From NCBI GenBank assembly GCA_040954595.2, contig CM082586.2:11811337-11875336 (forward strand): a stretch of DNA of 64,000 nt, in the 5' to 3' direction. Below are positions 24,841-38,264 of the stretch, one piece after another. Origin of the DNA: Balanoglossus misakiensis (taxonomy: Eukaryota > Animalia > Hemichordata). A program made the position numbers and the translations under genes. The first letter of the stretch is position 1. Each line of letters starts with the position of its first letter. A model generated the notes under the pieces. That model did not search any database. It was not told the DNA's origin and saw nothing but the letters and a program-made list of their open reading frames with translations.

Positions 24841-26523
24841 TGCAGGAAATCAATGTTGTGACACTGGTAGTAGGCCTTAATGTATACAATATCAAGACAG
24901 TTTATTTAACATGAAGTTTGATATGTTCATAATCATTCAGAGCTAAGCATATTTTGAAATTGTAAAATTAATATCAATCACATGAAAACTGACAGCATGC
25001 TTTCATTTGGGAATTTAGGTATTGTAATTAACACTAACAGTCATGAAACTATTGAATCGTCAATAAAATCATACAGTAGAAATTAATGGGTTTTCTATTT
25101 ATATGCGATGTGAAAATGCAACTTGTGGTCCTTCGGCCAGTAAGAGGCATCAGATAATATTGTAAGACCCAGTTGCCCAATTGATTAGACCTACATGTAT
25201 GCGCTGTGTGAAGCGCAAGTTATGGCAACTGAATTCACAGGACACTGAAGAAAGTGGAATCACTCAAGGTACATATGTATACATGTAGGCTAACAATCAC
25301 AACACAGAGAATAGTTCTCCATATTCATTTTTAATACGATAAGATTCACTGAATTGGCGCATCCATGGGCAGGCAAGGTTAGTTCCAACTCAGTTTGCAA
25401 ATCAGGCCCATGTATCTTGTTCCCTGAGACTGTCTGCTTCTAATAATAGCTGTAAGAACATAATCGTTGACCGAATGGTTGGTTCAATTTTGCAACATTT
25501 TATGATTTCAAGCTGTGCAATATTTGCAACTCAGTTTCAACTTTGGTTGGAGGGATGATGATGAAGCAATTTCACTGACAAAATAGCACTACTAATTGAC
25601 GTCAATATTTGTTCAAAGTTAAATGCATTGCCATCAGAAAAATGTATACGAAAAGTTTCGTATGTGAATAATAACACTTTTTCGCATAACTGCAAACCCT
25701 GTCACAGTTGTGAAATTCTAAGAAAATTCATTCATTAGGTAGAATTCGTGCATTATGAATTCTTAAACAAACTTAGTCATGAAACCTAAATGGTTACCTT
25801 ACACATGTGGAGGCTCGACTTCTGTGATATGATAGTCTTTAATTAATGTGTATGTGATTCCATACAAATCCATATGATTACCTGAACATACAAAATAAAT
25901 TAAAAATAAATACATAAATTAAAAATAAATAAGTATCTCATACATATGCATAAGTGCTTGTGAGAAATATATCATATATCTAAATAAATCTGTCATTTAT
26001 TGACCTCATTTTCCCAGTAAACCAAAGGACTAAATTGCACTTTAATATTACAGCTTCATTTCAATGCAACAGGTACACTACATCATAAGGGAACAAATAT
26101 GCCAGCTCAACATTTATATAAACAGTGTCAAAATATAAGTGGCTACAAAAGCTTGTGTCCCTTCAATCCATTCTCCCACTCAGGTCAAACGTGTTACATA
26201 TTAAAATTGCAATGTGCATAATATACAATTAGTCTTTTGTAAATTCAGACTGAGAAAATATGACTGATAAACATTATCTGGCACATGTTGGTGAATGGCT
26301 GGCGTTGATGTTGTGGGTTGAAATCCGAACTATGATTATCGCGGGTACAAATCACATTTATTTTCTCAGAGACAACGCGTTTGCAACTTCGGGACAGAAA
26401 GGTGAAAACGAACGTCATTAGTTCTTGGGAAAAAACTCAGAAATCAATTTCGGTGAGGTCAAATGTGTTCCAAAGGCAAACCGTTTCTGGTAAACAAATC
26501 AATGGCAAATAGTTACTTCGGCG

Positions 26524-26722
26524 ACTTACCAATCAATCAACATGGCTGCCAAATCGTTGGATATCCCGGTTTCATCTCGCGATCATTCTATCTTCCGATA
26601 TGGCGTTGCTTGGTTAAATTCGTCTCTTCTTTGCCGACATAGTCGGGCGACAGCGGTCCAGAAGCATATACAGCGACGCCATCTTGTTTACAATGTGAAG
26701 TATCAACTGCGCATGCTCAATG
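26524..26722 (-). promoter_or_regulatory. Promoter/first-exon-like inner end of the left arm (mirror 33041-33240, plus)
   Basis: CpG-rich; NRF1-like GAGCATGCGCAG, YY1-type CAAGATGGCG, then a GTAAGT donor near 26529 (GTATGT at 33234 in the mirror copy); highly conserved between arms. Confidence 0.45.
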
Positions 26723-27794
26723 GTTGTTGATTGGAAAGTGGGCAGAGCCTGCAAGATCCAGGGTTCGCTTGACCGGCCAAACGCGGTTATTCTCCCTGGA
26801 CCAAATCATTTAAGCGTCAGGCGTAATACATCACATAATTGACTGGAAAACTAAACAGTCTTCCACCTATATATCAACACAGTTTATTAAACCAGCACCC
26901 GCGCAAATATTTACAAGTATATGATTAAAATTGATCAAATCATTAATCGCACGGTTACAGCTGTCATAGTTTCTAATAATATTATTCACTGGTAGCGCTG
27001 ACATACCATGTTGAAACTTGTCGCGGAAAACAAGATAATTGATCTTACGGTGTCATTTGTTTTTAAAAAGTGCTTAATAACTATTGATCCCATTGATATA
27101 TTTTTCCATATTTATATATTTTTCGCAAATTTTGACTGCTTGGGCTACTAATAGCATGGTGATCACAATGGATTTACCACCTCCCAGCTGCGTTATAAAA
27201 GGATGCCTATTCTGTGGACACTAGCCTCATCGAAGACCGAACGTGTTCATCGATGTTTCCATTCATGACGAACTCCAATGCAGGCGTCGCAGTCATTCTG
27301 GCTTTCACGCTGTGGGCACCTCTGGTGACAGCAATTCCCAACAAGTTGCGGGTAAGTAATCACACAACCTATATGAGTGAAAGTTTCTTGTCATTTTCGC
27401 AACGTCAAGGTTGATATTCTCTTCTTGGATCGAAAATGTGTGACACAACAAATGAATCTGCGTGGCAGGGTCGGCTGTGTCTTTTGCTTCGAGGCATAGT
27501 CGTCAGACACACATCCCTAACACGCGAAGCCAGCTTATCCTTTGATCAAATGGCAGCGCTATTCTAAATATTTTACAGCATGCCGTAAAGGACAAACACG
27601 TGCCGCTGGAAGAGGCCAACACTCAGCAGAGACGGCAAGATGTTAACGGAGGTGAGCCCCAACAATAAATTAATATTGTTCCTTTTATTTAGAAAACGCC
27701 GCATAATTAGCCAACCAATCATGGTTATGAGAAACCTCCAAAATACAATGTATCGATATTTACTGCATCTGTTCATACTTCGCCCGCGCTTTAA

Positions 27795-28159
27795 AAACCC
27801 TATAGCTGCTAAAATTGGCATATTTTTTTCCAGAGTAAAATACTTCATATGTATATTCCCTATTCCCTAAAATCTTCACCCGTGACCATTAAGCCATATT
27901 ACTTGCATTTGCATTGGTTTGTCATCACTTGGCGTCGCATTTCACTATAGCTGCTTAGCTGCTATTGTTTGTATGAAGGCTGATTAAATCGGTGAGGCAC
28001 CGTTTTAATACATAGCATGTTCCAATTGCAACATGCAGTCACAATCGGGCATCGATAAGATGTTTATGTATACCTATCAGTAAGCTTATTTTGATGAACC
28101 AATTTAAGTTGGAAAATAAAATCATGAAAATAATGCAAAAAGTGGCAGCTTTGGAGGCT
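27795..28159. mobile_element. TTAA-flanked non-autonomous DNA transposon (Kolobok-like); related to ~21480-21750 and ~39680-40005
   Basis: TTAA at both ends, imperfect TIRs AACCCTATAGCTGC / GCAGCTTTGGAGGCT; internal AAGCCATATTACTTG shared with 21500. Confidence 0.55.
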
Positions 28160-29227
28160 TTAAACTACAGTTCTCCCAAATTGTCTTGACTAAATGACAT
28201 ACATGTGGTCAAAAGTTCTGACTGCAGAAGAGGTTGCAGCTGTGGCGGGGGACTGTTCAATTGGAGGAAATATATTTACATGGAATACAGACAATATTGA
28301 AATGGCAGCAGAAATAGTTCCGACTGAAAAGAATGCTATCTGCAGTGAGTATCACGACTTTAAAATGAAAGATTTTGCAAATTTAAAAAAAACATTGAGT
28401 GTTTTGACATGCGTCAGTGGTCAGTAACACACAAGCTGCATGATAAGAGGGTCACGAGAAATTGTAAGCCGCAATGTATAATGGATTAACTCCATGACCT
28501 ATGCGACCTACGAACTGTGACGTACAGAATTTATTTCTACGTGTAATGCGGTCTGCGGCAGTGAGCCACAGACCGCATTGCGAGAGCAGTGAGAATTCAC
28601 CACAATGCAAACTTTCTGAACGTAGGTTGATCTTCGAATGAAATATTACCTTGTCACCAGTTTTCCACATGGCTACACTGTAAAATTGGGTGACGTGTTC
28701 GTTCACAAGTGGAATAATTGTGAGTAGTAAAGCACGCGAAGTTAAGCAACGAGCACGTTTTGAAATGCGCGCAGATGATCCCAGTTTAGCAAATTCAGGC
28801 CATTGCGTGCATGCAAAAAAAATAATACTGTACCGGGGGTGAGCCTACTTTCTTTCCATACAGATACACGTATATGTTGGTTAAGGTATGTGACAAACAG
28901 TTTTCATGTAACAGCCAGTGATGCTGACCATAAAACCAGCGCAGCTGATGCTTTCATCTACAATTTGCAACATGGACGTTTGTGTCTCTGCATGTGTCGT
29001 GCATGTTACTGCTGAACAAAAAAGATATGCGGGCACCACAGGCTGGCGAAAGCGGTGCTCACGTGCTCTGCAAGCTGATGTTGTCACTAAATTGGCAAAG
29101 TATTGTACACATGAAGGAGTTTCTTGAGCTGTCTGTTGTATAAATGTCGGTTGTGAGTACATTATTTTTTATTTTTTTTAATAATTTTCAAAGCCCCTAT
29201 GATTGAAGCATATTATTACGACTCATC

Positions 29228-29316
29228 CGTTCATCATTCATTCATTCATTCATTCATTCATTCATTCATTCATTCATTCATTCATTCATTCATTCATTCA
29301 TCCATTCAGTCAGTCA
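29228..29316. repeat. (ATTC)n microsatellite
   Basis: Continuous TTCA repeats. Confidence 0.97.
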
Positions 29317-30479
29317 CTGTACCAATTGAAGACGCCCTTGTATAGGAGAATTTAGCTATGTACTGACTGTCTTTTCATTTTTTCTTCATCCTATAGAATC
29401 TACCGACCTGGTCGCTGTCAATAACAATTCAACTCCTTAAACATCCTGTGTGTGTGAAGTCTATGAACACTGGCCATGCATTTCAATTCAAGGACAAAAT
29501 GAATGCGCAATATTTCGTTTTATCGAGAGTAATGTGCAGTGATTAAATTAGCTAGGGCTCTCTTAGCAGATTTGGAGTTAGTCATTTTGGTAGAAACTTT
29601 TCGAGATGGGAAATCTTTGGTCATCTAACCAAGTTATTTGTATTTTTGTTATATAAGACAGAGTAATTTCCATATCATAGATGCAAGTTTAATTTATAAC
29701 ATGAATTTGAATAAAATATTGTTTTTTAAATATCACCACATGAATTTGAATAAAATATTTTTTTTTAAATATCACCAGATTGAAATCTTTGGAAGTTTGC
29801 ACTTAGAGGGATGGCATGGCAGTTTTCCACTGTTCATATTACAAAGAATTTGGCGTCACGTGTAGATTTCATGAGTGTTCGAGTTTTGCTCTTCCCAGCC
29901 TCGTACCCACAATCCTCTGATACTTACACTTACGTCAGTTCTATAGCCGCTGACCCACTAGATTCTCCTTATGAATTGCCCAAATTATTTTTTGGTATAG
30001 TTTTGATAGTTGGTGCACGGAAACTTTTGATCGATTCACGAAATTCAAAATATGTTACATCACAAACCTCATAAAATGGAGGCTAGAGTAGCCTGTTTGT
30101 TTTCAGGTAATTTTACAATTACCTCAATTACCTTTTTTCGAGGGAGGGGGTTAAGAAAACATACAGATTGAAATAACAAGGAAGTGGTATATCAAACCGA
30201 AACCTTATCTCAATCGTGATTCTAGAGTGTTTCCATGTCATGTGACATCCACAAAAATGTGGTATTATCTTGAAAAGAGTCCCGATTTCCCAAACTGGTT
30301 TTGCGAATGTACTTCACTTTGGAGCAATGCATGAGTACATTCGTAGAAAGATATTGCTCCACTATTTACTGACACTCCTCTTGTACTGCAAATATTACTG
30401 CATTCTGTCAGGGCAAGACAAAAGACACAGCAGAACTGCCAGAATTAAAACAGACAACTGGCAATTTCAATAAAACATG

Positions 30480-31260
30480 TAATAACAAATATATGTAACA
30501 TTGAATGAGGTGTCCATACAGCTTGGTCATTTAAAGACCTCCAGTCATTGTGACAATGCATAAATATTTATGTACACCATGTTAAAAATTAGTTCAGGCA
30601 TACCTTATACATGTATGTTTTTGACTGACCATATCCTCAGCACGCCCTTTTTTTTCAAAAAGACTATCATTATTCTCTGCCAGGCAGAGAGTTGCCGCTT
30701 TCTTGTTAACAATAATATACTATTATAACATTGCATAGATTCCTGTTTGTTTCTGTCCATATCTCACAAACTGTGGTGTGCATACTGTTGAAATGACCTC
30801 AAGAAGAAAATGCCAAATGGAAAAATATTTGACATACTAACCTGTATGATAATGTTATACGGTACATTATATTTAACGGTTCCAATCCAATGTTGAGAAC
30901 TAACAAAACAATTTGAGCAGAATTCATTTAAAATTAATTGCAGTTCCGTTTCACCGCATTTCATAGGATGCTGGCTAAAATTCATACTATGGTGGATTAC
31001 CTGTTATGCATTTCTTTCCCTATTTCGTCTGGCAGATTTGAGTTTGACAAGCTGTCATTTTCCTTTCAGCTCCGCAAAATTGATGGATTTACTTTGACAG
31101 CACACAGACTGTCCATGTGTCATCGGAGATACAAGCAGCATCAGGTGCTGAACAGCTTGCAGCAGTGTTGGAAAAGAGTACACAACACTAACTTGCAAGA
31201 GTGCTTTGGCCCTTTCTTCACACTGTCCGAAACTTGTTGTGTTACATCATTGCTTAATGA
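30480..31260 (-). pseudogene. Decayed intron-containing transposase-like fragment (DUF6589/Academ-like N-terminal region)
   Basis: Hand translation gives DSLCAVKVNPSILRS..IGKEMHNR, SILLLTRKRQLSAWQRIMIVFLKK and VFK*PSCM, with stops and frameshifts; resemblance is from recollection of the family. Confidence 0.4.
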
Positions 31261-31809
31261 ATAAGAAATACACAGGTATTTAGCGTTCTATTCAATACCT
31301 ACAATAGATAAAAGGGTGTCGGTCTGTATGCGACAATCTTCAATGTTCTTATGAGCACAAGGCTTTATTCAGGGAACGTTTTACAGTAAGAATTATATGA
31401 TATAAACTGAATAAGTTTGTTGTCTGTCAACTCTTCTGTCTTTGTCTTACCGATACGGTTCTAACCGCGAACACTGAGGCTTCTCTGCTCGTACACAGTA
31501 TAAATCAATGGATGATAAAATGCGCCCTCTTTTGGTGAACTCTTCCTACCGCCCGACCTTCTACCATACATTAAGGCATGTAGGGCGGCCAGGTAGATGG
31601 CAGTGTATTGCAAGCGTCTCTTGCATATTTTTTTTCCGCCAGGAATGGCATACATTCGTTTTTGGCGACACCACAACTGCTGGAACTTCTCGAAAAATTG
31701 AGAGCCGGATTTCATAAATGCTCATGTTTTCCGAAGGGCTGAAAGAAGATCCAGAGTGGAATATTTAAATTTGCCTGTGGCAGACATCATAGTGGCTGCC
31801 AGTTATTCT

Positions 31810-31975
31810 ATTTCTTGTGCAAGAGATAGTATCTTGTTCCAGCGAGATGTTTTCTCGTGTGCACGAGATACATGCTATCTCGTGCATATCTCGTGCGCAC
31901 GAGAAAATTGCGAGCGCACTCGTGTTCACGAGAAAATATCACATGCACACGTAAGTCGTGCGCACGAGATAAAAA
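31810..31975. repeat. Array of degenerate TCTCGTGCGCACGAGA palindromes (subterminal repeats of a DNA transposon relic)
   Basis: About 7-8 variants of the 16-bp palindrome at roughly 20-25 bp spacing. Confidence 0.75.
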
Positions 31976-34684
31976 AATGTGCCCTGTAGTCTTTCTTAGG
32001 ACATGGTAGCGTGACGTCGCATTGTAATTAACGGACGATCTTGGAAATTCGGCTATTAATGGTGAATGGACTTTCGCCTCCTTCGAACAACAACAGAGAC
32101 TGACGTCGCAACAATGACAGAAAAAGTGAAGCAAATGGCCGACAAAACGAAGAGAATCGGAAAACGGGCAGGATCCTCGGCACAGACATCTGGGAATAAT
32201 ACCACCACATCAAATAGAACGACGAGTAGTCCAGGACAAACCGCCACCAGTGACTATGACAACAAGTCTGAAGGCGATGCTGGCGAACCCTTGCACAATA
32301 CAACTACAGTCCTACAGAGAAATGCAGCCCAGCGCCACTCAAGATTTTCCATTCCTGGTCTGGCAGCAGCCAAAATATGTTGTTGTTTTTTCTCTTAGAA
32401 GCGACCTCAGTCTGAGCTGAATGAGAATAAACTGTAGGTTGGGAATACAACAAAAAAACACGCAGTCGCTGCGGTCAACACGTAGCTATTAGTTTCGGTT
32501 TTATGTTCGCTACAGCTCGGAAACCAAAATGTGGTACAACTTCAAGCTACATAAACTGGAAAGCATAGTACGTGCAGAGCAGACCATGGTGACGAAAGCA
32601 GGTATTCTAGGTCGTAAGATAAAAACACGGCGCTAGAAAAACAGTCATCAAAAGTTGCACGTGTTCCCCGGCCACAAATAATGTAATTGTTGGCGCACAG
32701 AAAGTCCAGTCGATAAACGTTTACGCTATAGAAACTCACTCTCTCAGCAAAAGTCTGACACCCTCGTCAATGACAAAACGCAAACCGAGCTGGGTATGAT
32801 CAAGTCAAACATAGGGCCAATCCCCACTCTGTGTTTTATTATTTTCCACATACGATGGTTCTAAATAAAAATGTATCTATTTGAAATGCTTACCGAGGTA
32901 AGATCATTGAAAGTTTTCAAACGTTGATGACAAATGTATAACTGATTTTTTACAAATGAATAATCGCGCACTTGCATGTTATTTTCTCTATACCAGACAC
33001 CGCGCGCGCGCCGTTGGCAAAAAAAAAAAACGCGGAAAATTATTGAGCATGCGCAGTCGATACTTCACATTGTAAACAAGATGGCGTCGCTGCCTATGCT
33101 TCTGGACCGCTGTCGCCTGACTATGTCGGCAAAGAAGAGACGAATTTAACCATGCAACGCCATATCGGAAGATAGAATGATCGCGAGATGAAACCGGGCT
33201 ATCCAACGATTAGGCAGCCATGTTGACTGATTGGTATGTCGCCGAAGTAATTATTTGCCATTGATTTGTTTACCAGAAACGGTTTGCCTTTGGAACACAT
33301 TTGGCCTCACCGAAATTGATTTCAGAGTTTTTTTCCCAAAAACTAATGACGTTCGTTTTCACCTGAGTGCGAGGATGGATTGAAGGGACACAAGCTTTTG
33401 TAGCCACCAATATTTTGACACTCTTTATATCAATGTTGAGCTGGCATATTTGCTCCAATATGATGTAGTGTACCTGTTGCATTGAAATGAAGCTGTTATA
33501 ATATTACAGTGCAATCTAGTCCTTTGGGTTAATAGGAAAACGAGGTCAATAAATAACAGGTTTATTTAAATACAGGATATATTTATCACAAGCACTTATG
33601 CATATGTATGAGATACTTATTTATTTTAATTTATTTTTTATTTTTTATTTATTTTGTTCAGGTAATCATATGGATTCGTATGGAATCACATACACATTAA
33701 TTGAAGACTATCATATCACAGAAGTCGAGCCGCCAGATGTGTAAGGTAACCATTTAGGTTTCATGACTAAGTTTGTTTAAGAATTCATAAAGCTACCCAA
33801 TGAATGAATTTCCTTAAAATTTCACAAATGTGACAGAGTTTGCAGTTGTGCAAGAAAGTGTGTATTATTCACATAAGAATTTTTTCGTATGCATTTTTCT
33901 GATGGCAATGCATTTGACTGTAAACAAATATGGATGTCAGTTAGTAGTGCTATTTTGTCAGTGAAATGGCTTCATCATCATCCCTCCAACCAAAGTTGAA
34001 ACAGAGTTGCAAATATTGCACAGCTTGAAATCATAAAATGTTGCAAAATTGAACCAACCCTTTGGTCAACGATTATGTTCTTACAGCTATTATTAGAACC
34101 AGACAGTCTCAGGGAACAAGAGACATGGGCCTGATTTGCAAGTTGAGTTAGAACTGCCTTTGCCTGCCCACGGACGCCCCAATTTCAGCAAAAAATTATT
34201 GCATTAAAATATGAGTATGGAGAACTATGCTCTGTGTTTCTTTTGTTAGCTTACATAGCTGTTGTCATTCTAGTTTTTCCTCCGTCCTGTGAGCAGAGTT
34301 TCAGTTGCGAAAACCGACAGTTCTCAAAGTACAAAAGTACACCTAAATTGCCTCGGTGATGAGCATGCAGAATTTATCTGATGCTTCTTACTGGCAGAAG
34401 GACCCCACCAGTTGCAGATTGTGAATTCCATGGCACAAGGGAATTTACGCTTTGCGTTCAAATATAAATAATTAAATCCTGTAAAATTATTCTATATGTT
34501 ATTTATTGATGATTCAAAAGTGTTATGACTGATTGTGTTAGAGTACCTGTATTCCATATAAGCATGCTGTCAGTGCACATCCGATTGATAACAATTTCAC
34601 ATTTTTAAAAATTTGCTTCTCTGAATAATTATGAATACATAAAACTTCATATGATATAAATTGTCCTGATATCGTAAACATTAA

Positions 34685-35124
34685 ACCCCGATGCGTGGTA
34701 TAAAAGACCCCCCAAATCAGTGGCGAATCTTAATGCCGTTTGACTGACAACAGACAACACCAACGATCTTGGCTCTATGAAAATCGGCCCAAACAGATCC
34801 AAGCATAAAGAATTACACCACACAACGACAGTGGTTGGCTTTATAAACACACACGACATAAAGTTATCGATGAAAAAGTACACGAGCTTTTGAAACAACG
34901 ATGATTTTGGGAGAAATCTGGTTTCAGTGCTTTTCAGAAGCATCCCTGGGAAACAATAACCACGCCATTCAAACAGCTGTCAATCGCATAGAGGTGTAAA
35001 GTGTTCAATTATTTTCTATGTACATGAGATCAATTACACAGTTATTATGCACGACGACCACTCCCAAATAAACAACTGTACAAACACACGTTAATCCGAA
35101 CCCCAGTACTTTCCGCACCGGGGT
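34685..35124. mobile_element. TTAA-targeting MITE (piggyBac/Kolobok-like)
   Basis: TTAA-ACCCCGATGCG ... CGCACCGGGGT-TTAA; single TTAA at the empty mirror site near 24877. Confidence 0.8.
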
Positions 35125-36219
35125 TTAAGGCCTAATGCCAGTGTCACAACATTGATTACCAGACCGTTTCCCTCTGTATGTATGTATGTATGTATGTATG
35201 TATGTATGCAGCCATGTATGCATGTGTTTGTGTGTGTGTGTACATGTGTGTATGCATGTTACATGTATATATGGATGTATGTCTGCCCTGATCCAAAACA
35301 TGAAACCACGCTTTTTTTATTTTGGTGTGTAGATGGGATTTTGCTTAAATGAAGTTGTCATTGCAAAAATACGCAAATAACCTGTGAAATATGTGGAATT
35401 GATCAAAACTCAACTACTGGTTAGACTGCTTTGAACATTTGTATGCATGTAGGTAATGTCATCATACCTGATATACTTTGAGTTTATATCGTGAATTGTC
35501 TATTTTTTATGCAATTATTTTGTCTTGTTTTACCATTTGAAAAAAAATCTTTTCCTCTTAAAGAGATTGGCTGATTTCTTTAGAATTTAGTATGACACTT
35601 CCGGTAGGTGATCTTAGTTGGTTTTGTTTAAATTGTCGCAGAATTTGTAATCTGTCATTTTTGGTCAAAATTCATTTTCTGAGAAACTCCTTAGATTGCT
35701 TTTAAATTTTGGTATGCTTGTTCCAAGAGGTAACCCAAGTAATGTTGTATATCATTTTGGTGAAATTTACATATTGTGGTCTTGGGGCAATTTTTGCAAT
35801 TTGTATTCTTTGAAACTACTAGTCAGATTGCTTTCAACTTTGGTAGGCGTGGTGATTGAAGTAGATATTATACAATTTGTTGATAGTTGGATAGATGTGG
35901 TTTGAGGCAGTTTTTGTCATTGTTGAATGTTGTTTTCCCTAAAATACTAGTCTGGTTCCTTTGAAATGTTCTTACAGTAGGTCATATCTGCTTGCCAATG
36001 TCACATGATTTTTCCCATGAACACAGACATACCTAATTTTGTGTAATCCCCAGATGGGACCACAGTGTGTAATAACCTGACCAACAGTGACTAGTATATC
36101 CTGTGTGTTATACAGTACTTCTCACAAGGTTGAAGTACATGTAGACTGTTGATGATTTTTTGCGATTCTTCAGAAACTTACAATACAGAGTCTAATGTGG
36201 TAACGTCCATGGTCACATT

Positions 36220-37714
36220 AGTCCTGTTTCAAAATGACCTACATTACACGTCCTATACACATGTATTGCATGTTTTGATTGGTTTATCCGCTTCTCTTAG
36301 GTCCACTTGCGGCACGCTGATTGGAGGGACCTTGTAGGTTAGGTCTTATTATTATGTATTATTCACTAGACCTTGTAGGTTAGGTCTTATTACTATGCAT
36401 TTTTCGCTTTACAGCTCCCTGATTGGTTAACGTGTCAGTCTGGTCCCCCATGTGTTCACTGCCTCATAATACAGGACCTTGTAGGTTAGGTCATATTAAT
36501 ATGTATTTATTCACCATACAGCTCCCTGATTGGTTAACGTGTCAGTCTGGTCTCCCAGTGTTCACTGCCTCATTGTGAAATGTCCCATGTGCTTCCTGGC
36601 TAGCGTTGTGGTAACACATTATTCGGGATGTCCGCAGATCATTCATTAATTTTCTGAGAAATAGCCTGACTGATACTATCTCCAACATAAACCGCACCCT
36701 GGAAAGATTCAATGATTTTTAGATGGACTTTGAAAATCTGATTAACACATCTAAGCATTTTTGCTAACAGTTGTATATTTTCTTAAATCACCCTCCTACT
36801 TCTCATCATCAATATTATTATTGTTGTTTTACTATATTTAAGTAAATTTGTTTTGACGTAGATGTTGTGAAAAGGAGTACGTTGTCCGTTTATACATTCG
36901 TATATTGTTTTCATAAAAATGGAACTATGACGGTGCAGCTTCGTGAAAGAAGTACAATAAAAGTAATCATACCTGTAAAGCAACTAATGAGGTATCCCAA
37001 TTAAAGAAATGCAATGCTCTTCTAAACAGTTCTATTGTAAGATATTTTTGGTTTGCTCGAATGAATAGCACACACTTCGTATTCAGCCAGGTGTTACACG
37101 AAGTGATGCGCTGAAAAGCATTACGTAACAAAACACTAGCCCATTTCAACAAACCGCCACTGGAAATAAAATAAAAAAATTCTCCTGGCAATTTTTATTT
37201 CGAGTATCTAGTTCACAGTATCACAAAAAAATGCCATGAATAGTGAAGGAAAGGTTAAATCCAATCATTATATGAGTGCCTTTCTTTATACACTGGGATC
37301 GAGCTTCGACAACGCGCAGGCAGCATGCCAGACAGAATACAACAACTGTATTCAGAAAGTACAAAAGACTTTGCATAACGAGGCAGTGAAAATTGGAGAC
37401 CTACACATTAACCAATCAGGGAGCTGAAAATTGAATAAATGCATGTTAATAAGACCTAACCTACAAGGTCCTGCATAATGAGGCAGTGAACACTGGAGGA
37501 CCAGACCTACACATTAACCAATCAGGGAGCTGTAAAGTGAATAATACATAGTAATAAGACCTAACCTACAAGGTCTAGTGAATAATACATAATAATAAGA
37601 CCTAACACATAAGGTCCCTCCAATCACCGTGCCTCAAGTGGACCTAAGATTACCAGATGGACCAATCACAGATGTCGGTACATATGTCATGGACCTGACT
37701 TATGAAACAGGACT
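36220..37714. mobile_element. Foldback-like non-autonomous DNA transposon with long modular inverted repeats and 3-bp ATT TSD (PHIS/Pangu-like)
   Basis: Termini AGTCCTGTTTCA / TGAAACAGGACT; ATT duplicated; subterminal GACCTTGTAGGTTAGGTC and CAGCTCCCTGATTGGTTAA modules mirrored (36310-36575 vs 37375-37650); absent from the left arm near 23768. Confidence 0.8.
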
Positions 37715-38264
37715 ATTCAGAACTACCTCGTCTACGCCCGGCAGTGTTCTGTCCGCTTTGCTTCCAAAACTAATGTCTGGCCTCACTCATGCCACTTGCC
37801 CAATAAACTAATACCCCTTGCTGGGAATTATGATGTAACTAGCGTCGCTTTGAAGCCTATCACATTACTGAACAGTGTTGATTTGGTGTAAGATTATAGT
37901 GAAGGCAGGGCATATTACATTGAAAATGCTACCCAACCTTAATTACATGTATGTATATCCTTTGTCTAATCATTGGAAAAACAATGTACATGTACCAAAG
38001 ACTAAGTAGCTATTTGAAGGTGAATCGCAAGTGGGCACTTTCATTACTTAACCTCAAGCAGTCGGTTAGCTACCGTATACTAAGACAAACATTCCTGGTG
38101 TAATTAACATCACTGTCATTAGTAATATCTATCTCCAATCAGTATCAGTTCTGCCTTTATGTTATTTTAAGTCAATTGTCAAGGTTCATGTACATATATT
38201 ACAGCTTAACTGTCTTGTCAAAAACTTACGCATGTACATGTACCTAATTCTAGGCTTACCTGTA

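Larger units (their letters stand above)
10885..26722. repeat. Left arm of giant diverged inverted duplication (partner 33041-43142), expanded by LINE, MITE and HINE-like insertions
   Basis: Colinear reverse-complement matches: 10885-11500 vs 42600-43142, 16170-16980 vs 41270-42595, 22050-23750 vs 37720-39440, 25800-26722 vs 33041-33745; mirrored ORFs 26542..26730(+) and 32988..33206(-). Confidence 0.92.
27253..29440 (+). pseudogene. Remnant of a secreted pentraxin/LamG-domain gene; exons 27253-27351, ~28190-28344, 29397-29440
   Basis: TATAAAA at 27194; signal-peptide exon (AGVAVILAFTLWAPLVTA) with GTAAGT donor; MWSKVLTAEEVAAVAGDCS..GNIFTW resembles the pentraxin C-terminus; phase-compatible terminal exon; most of the domain is missing. 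Confidence 0.6.

Noticed and set aside
26542-26730. Mirrored 62/72-aa ORFs as a conserved protein
   Set aside because: Similarity follows from the DNA duplication; promoter and splice signals point to the opposite strand.
31120-31190. LRR-like peptide GAEQLAAVLEKST on the plus strand
   Set aside because: Short, closed by a stop, and better explained as antisense to the transposase-like remnant.
32066-32398. S/T-rich 110-aa ORF
   Set aside because: Low complexity, no recognisable domain or splice support.
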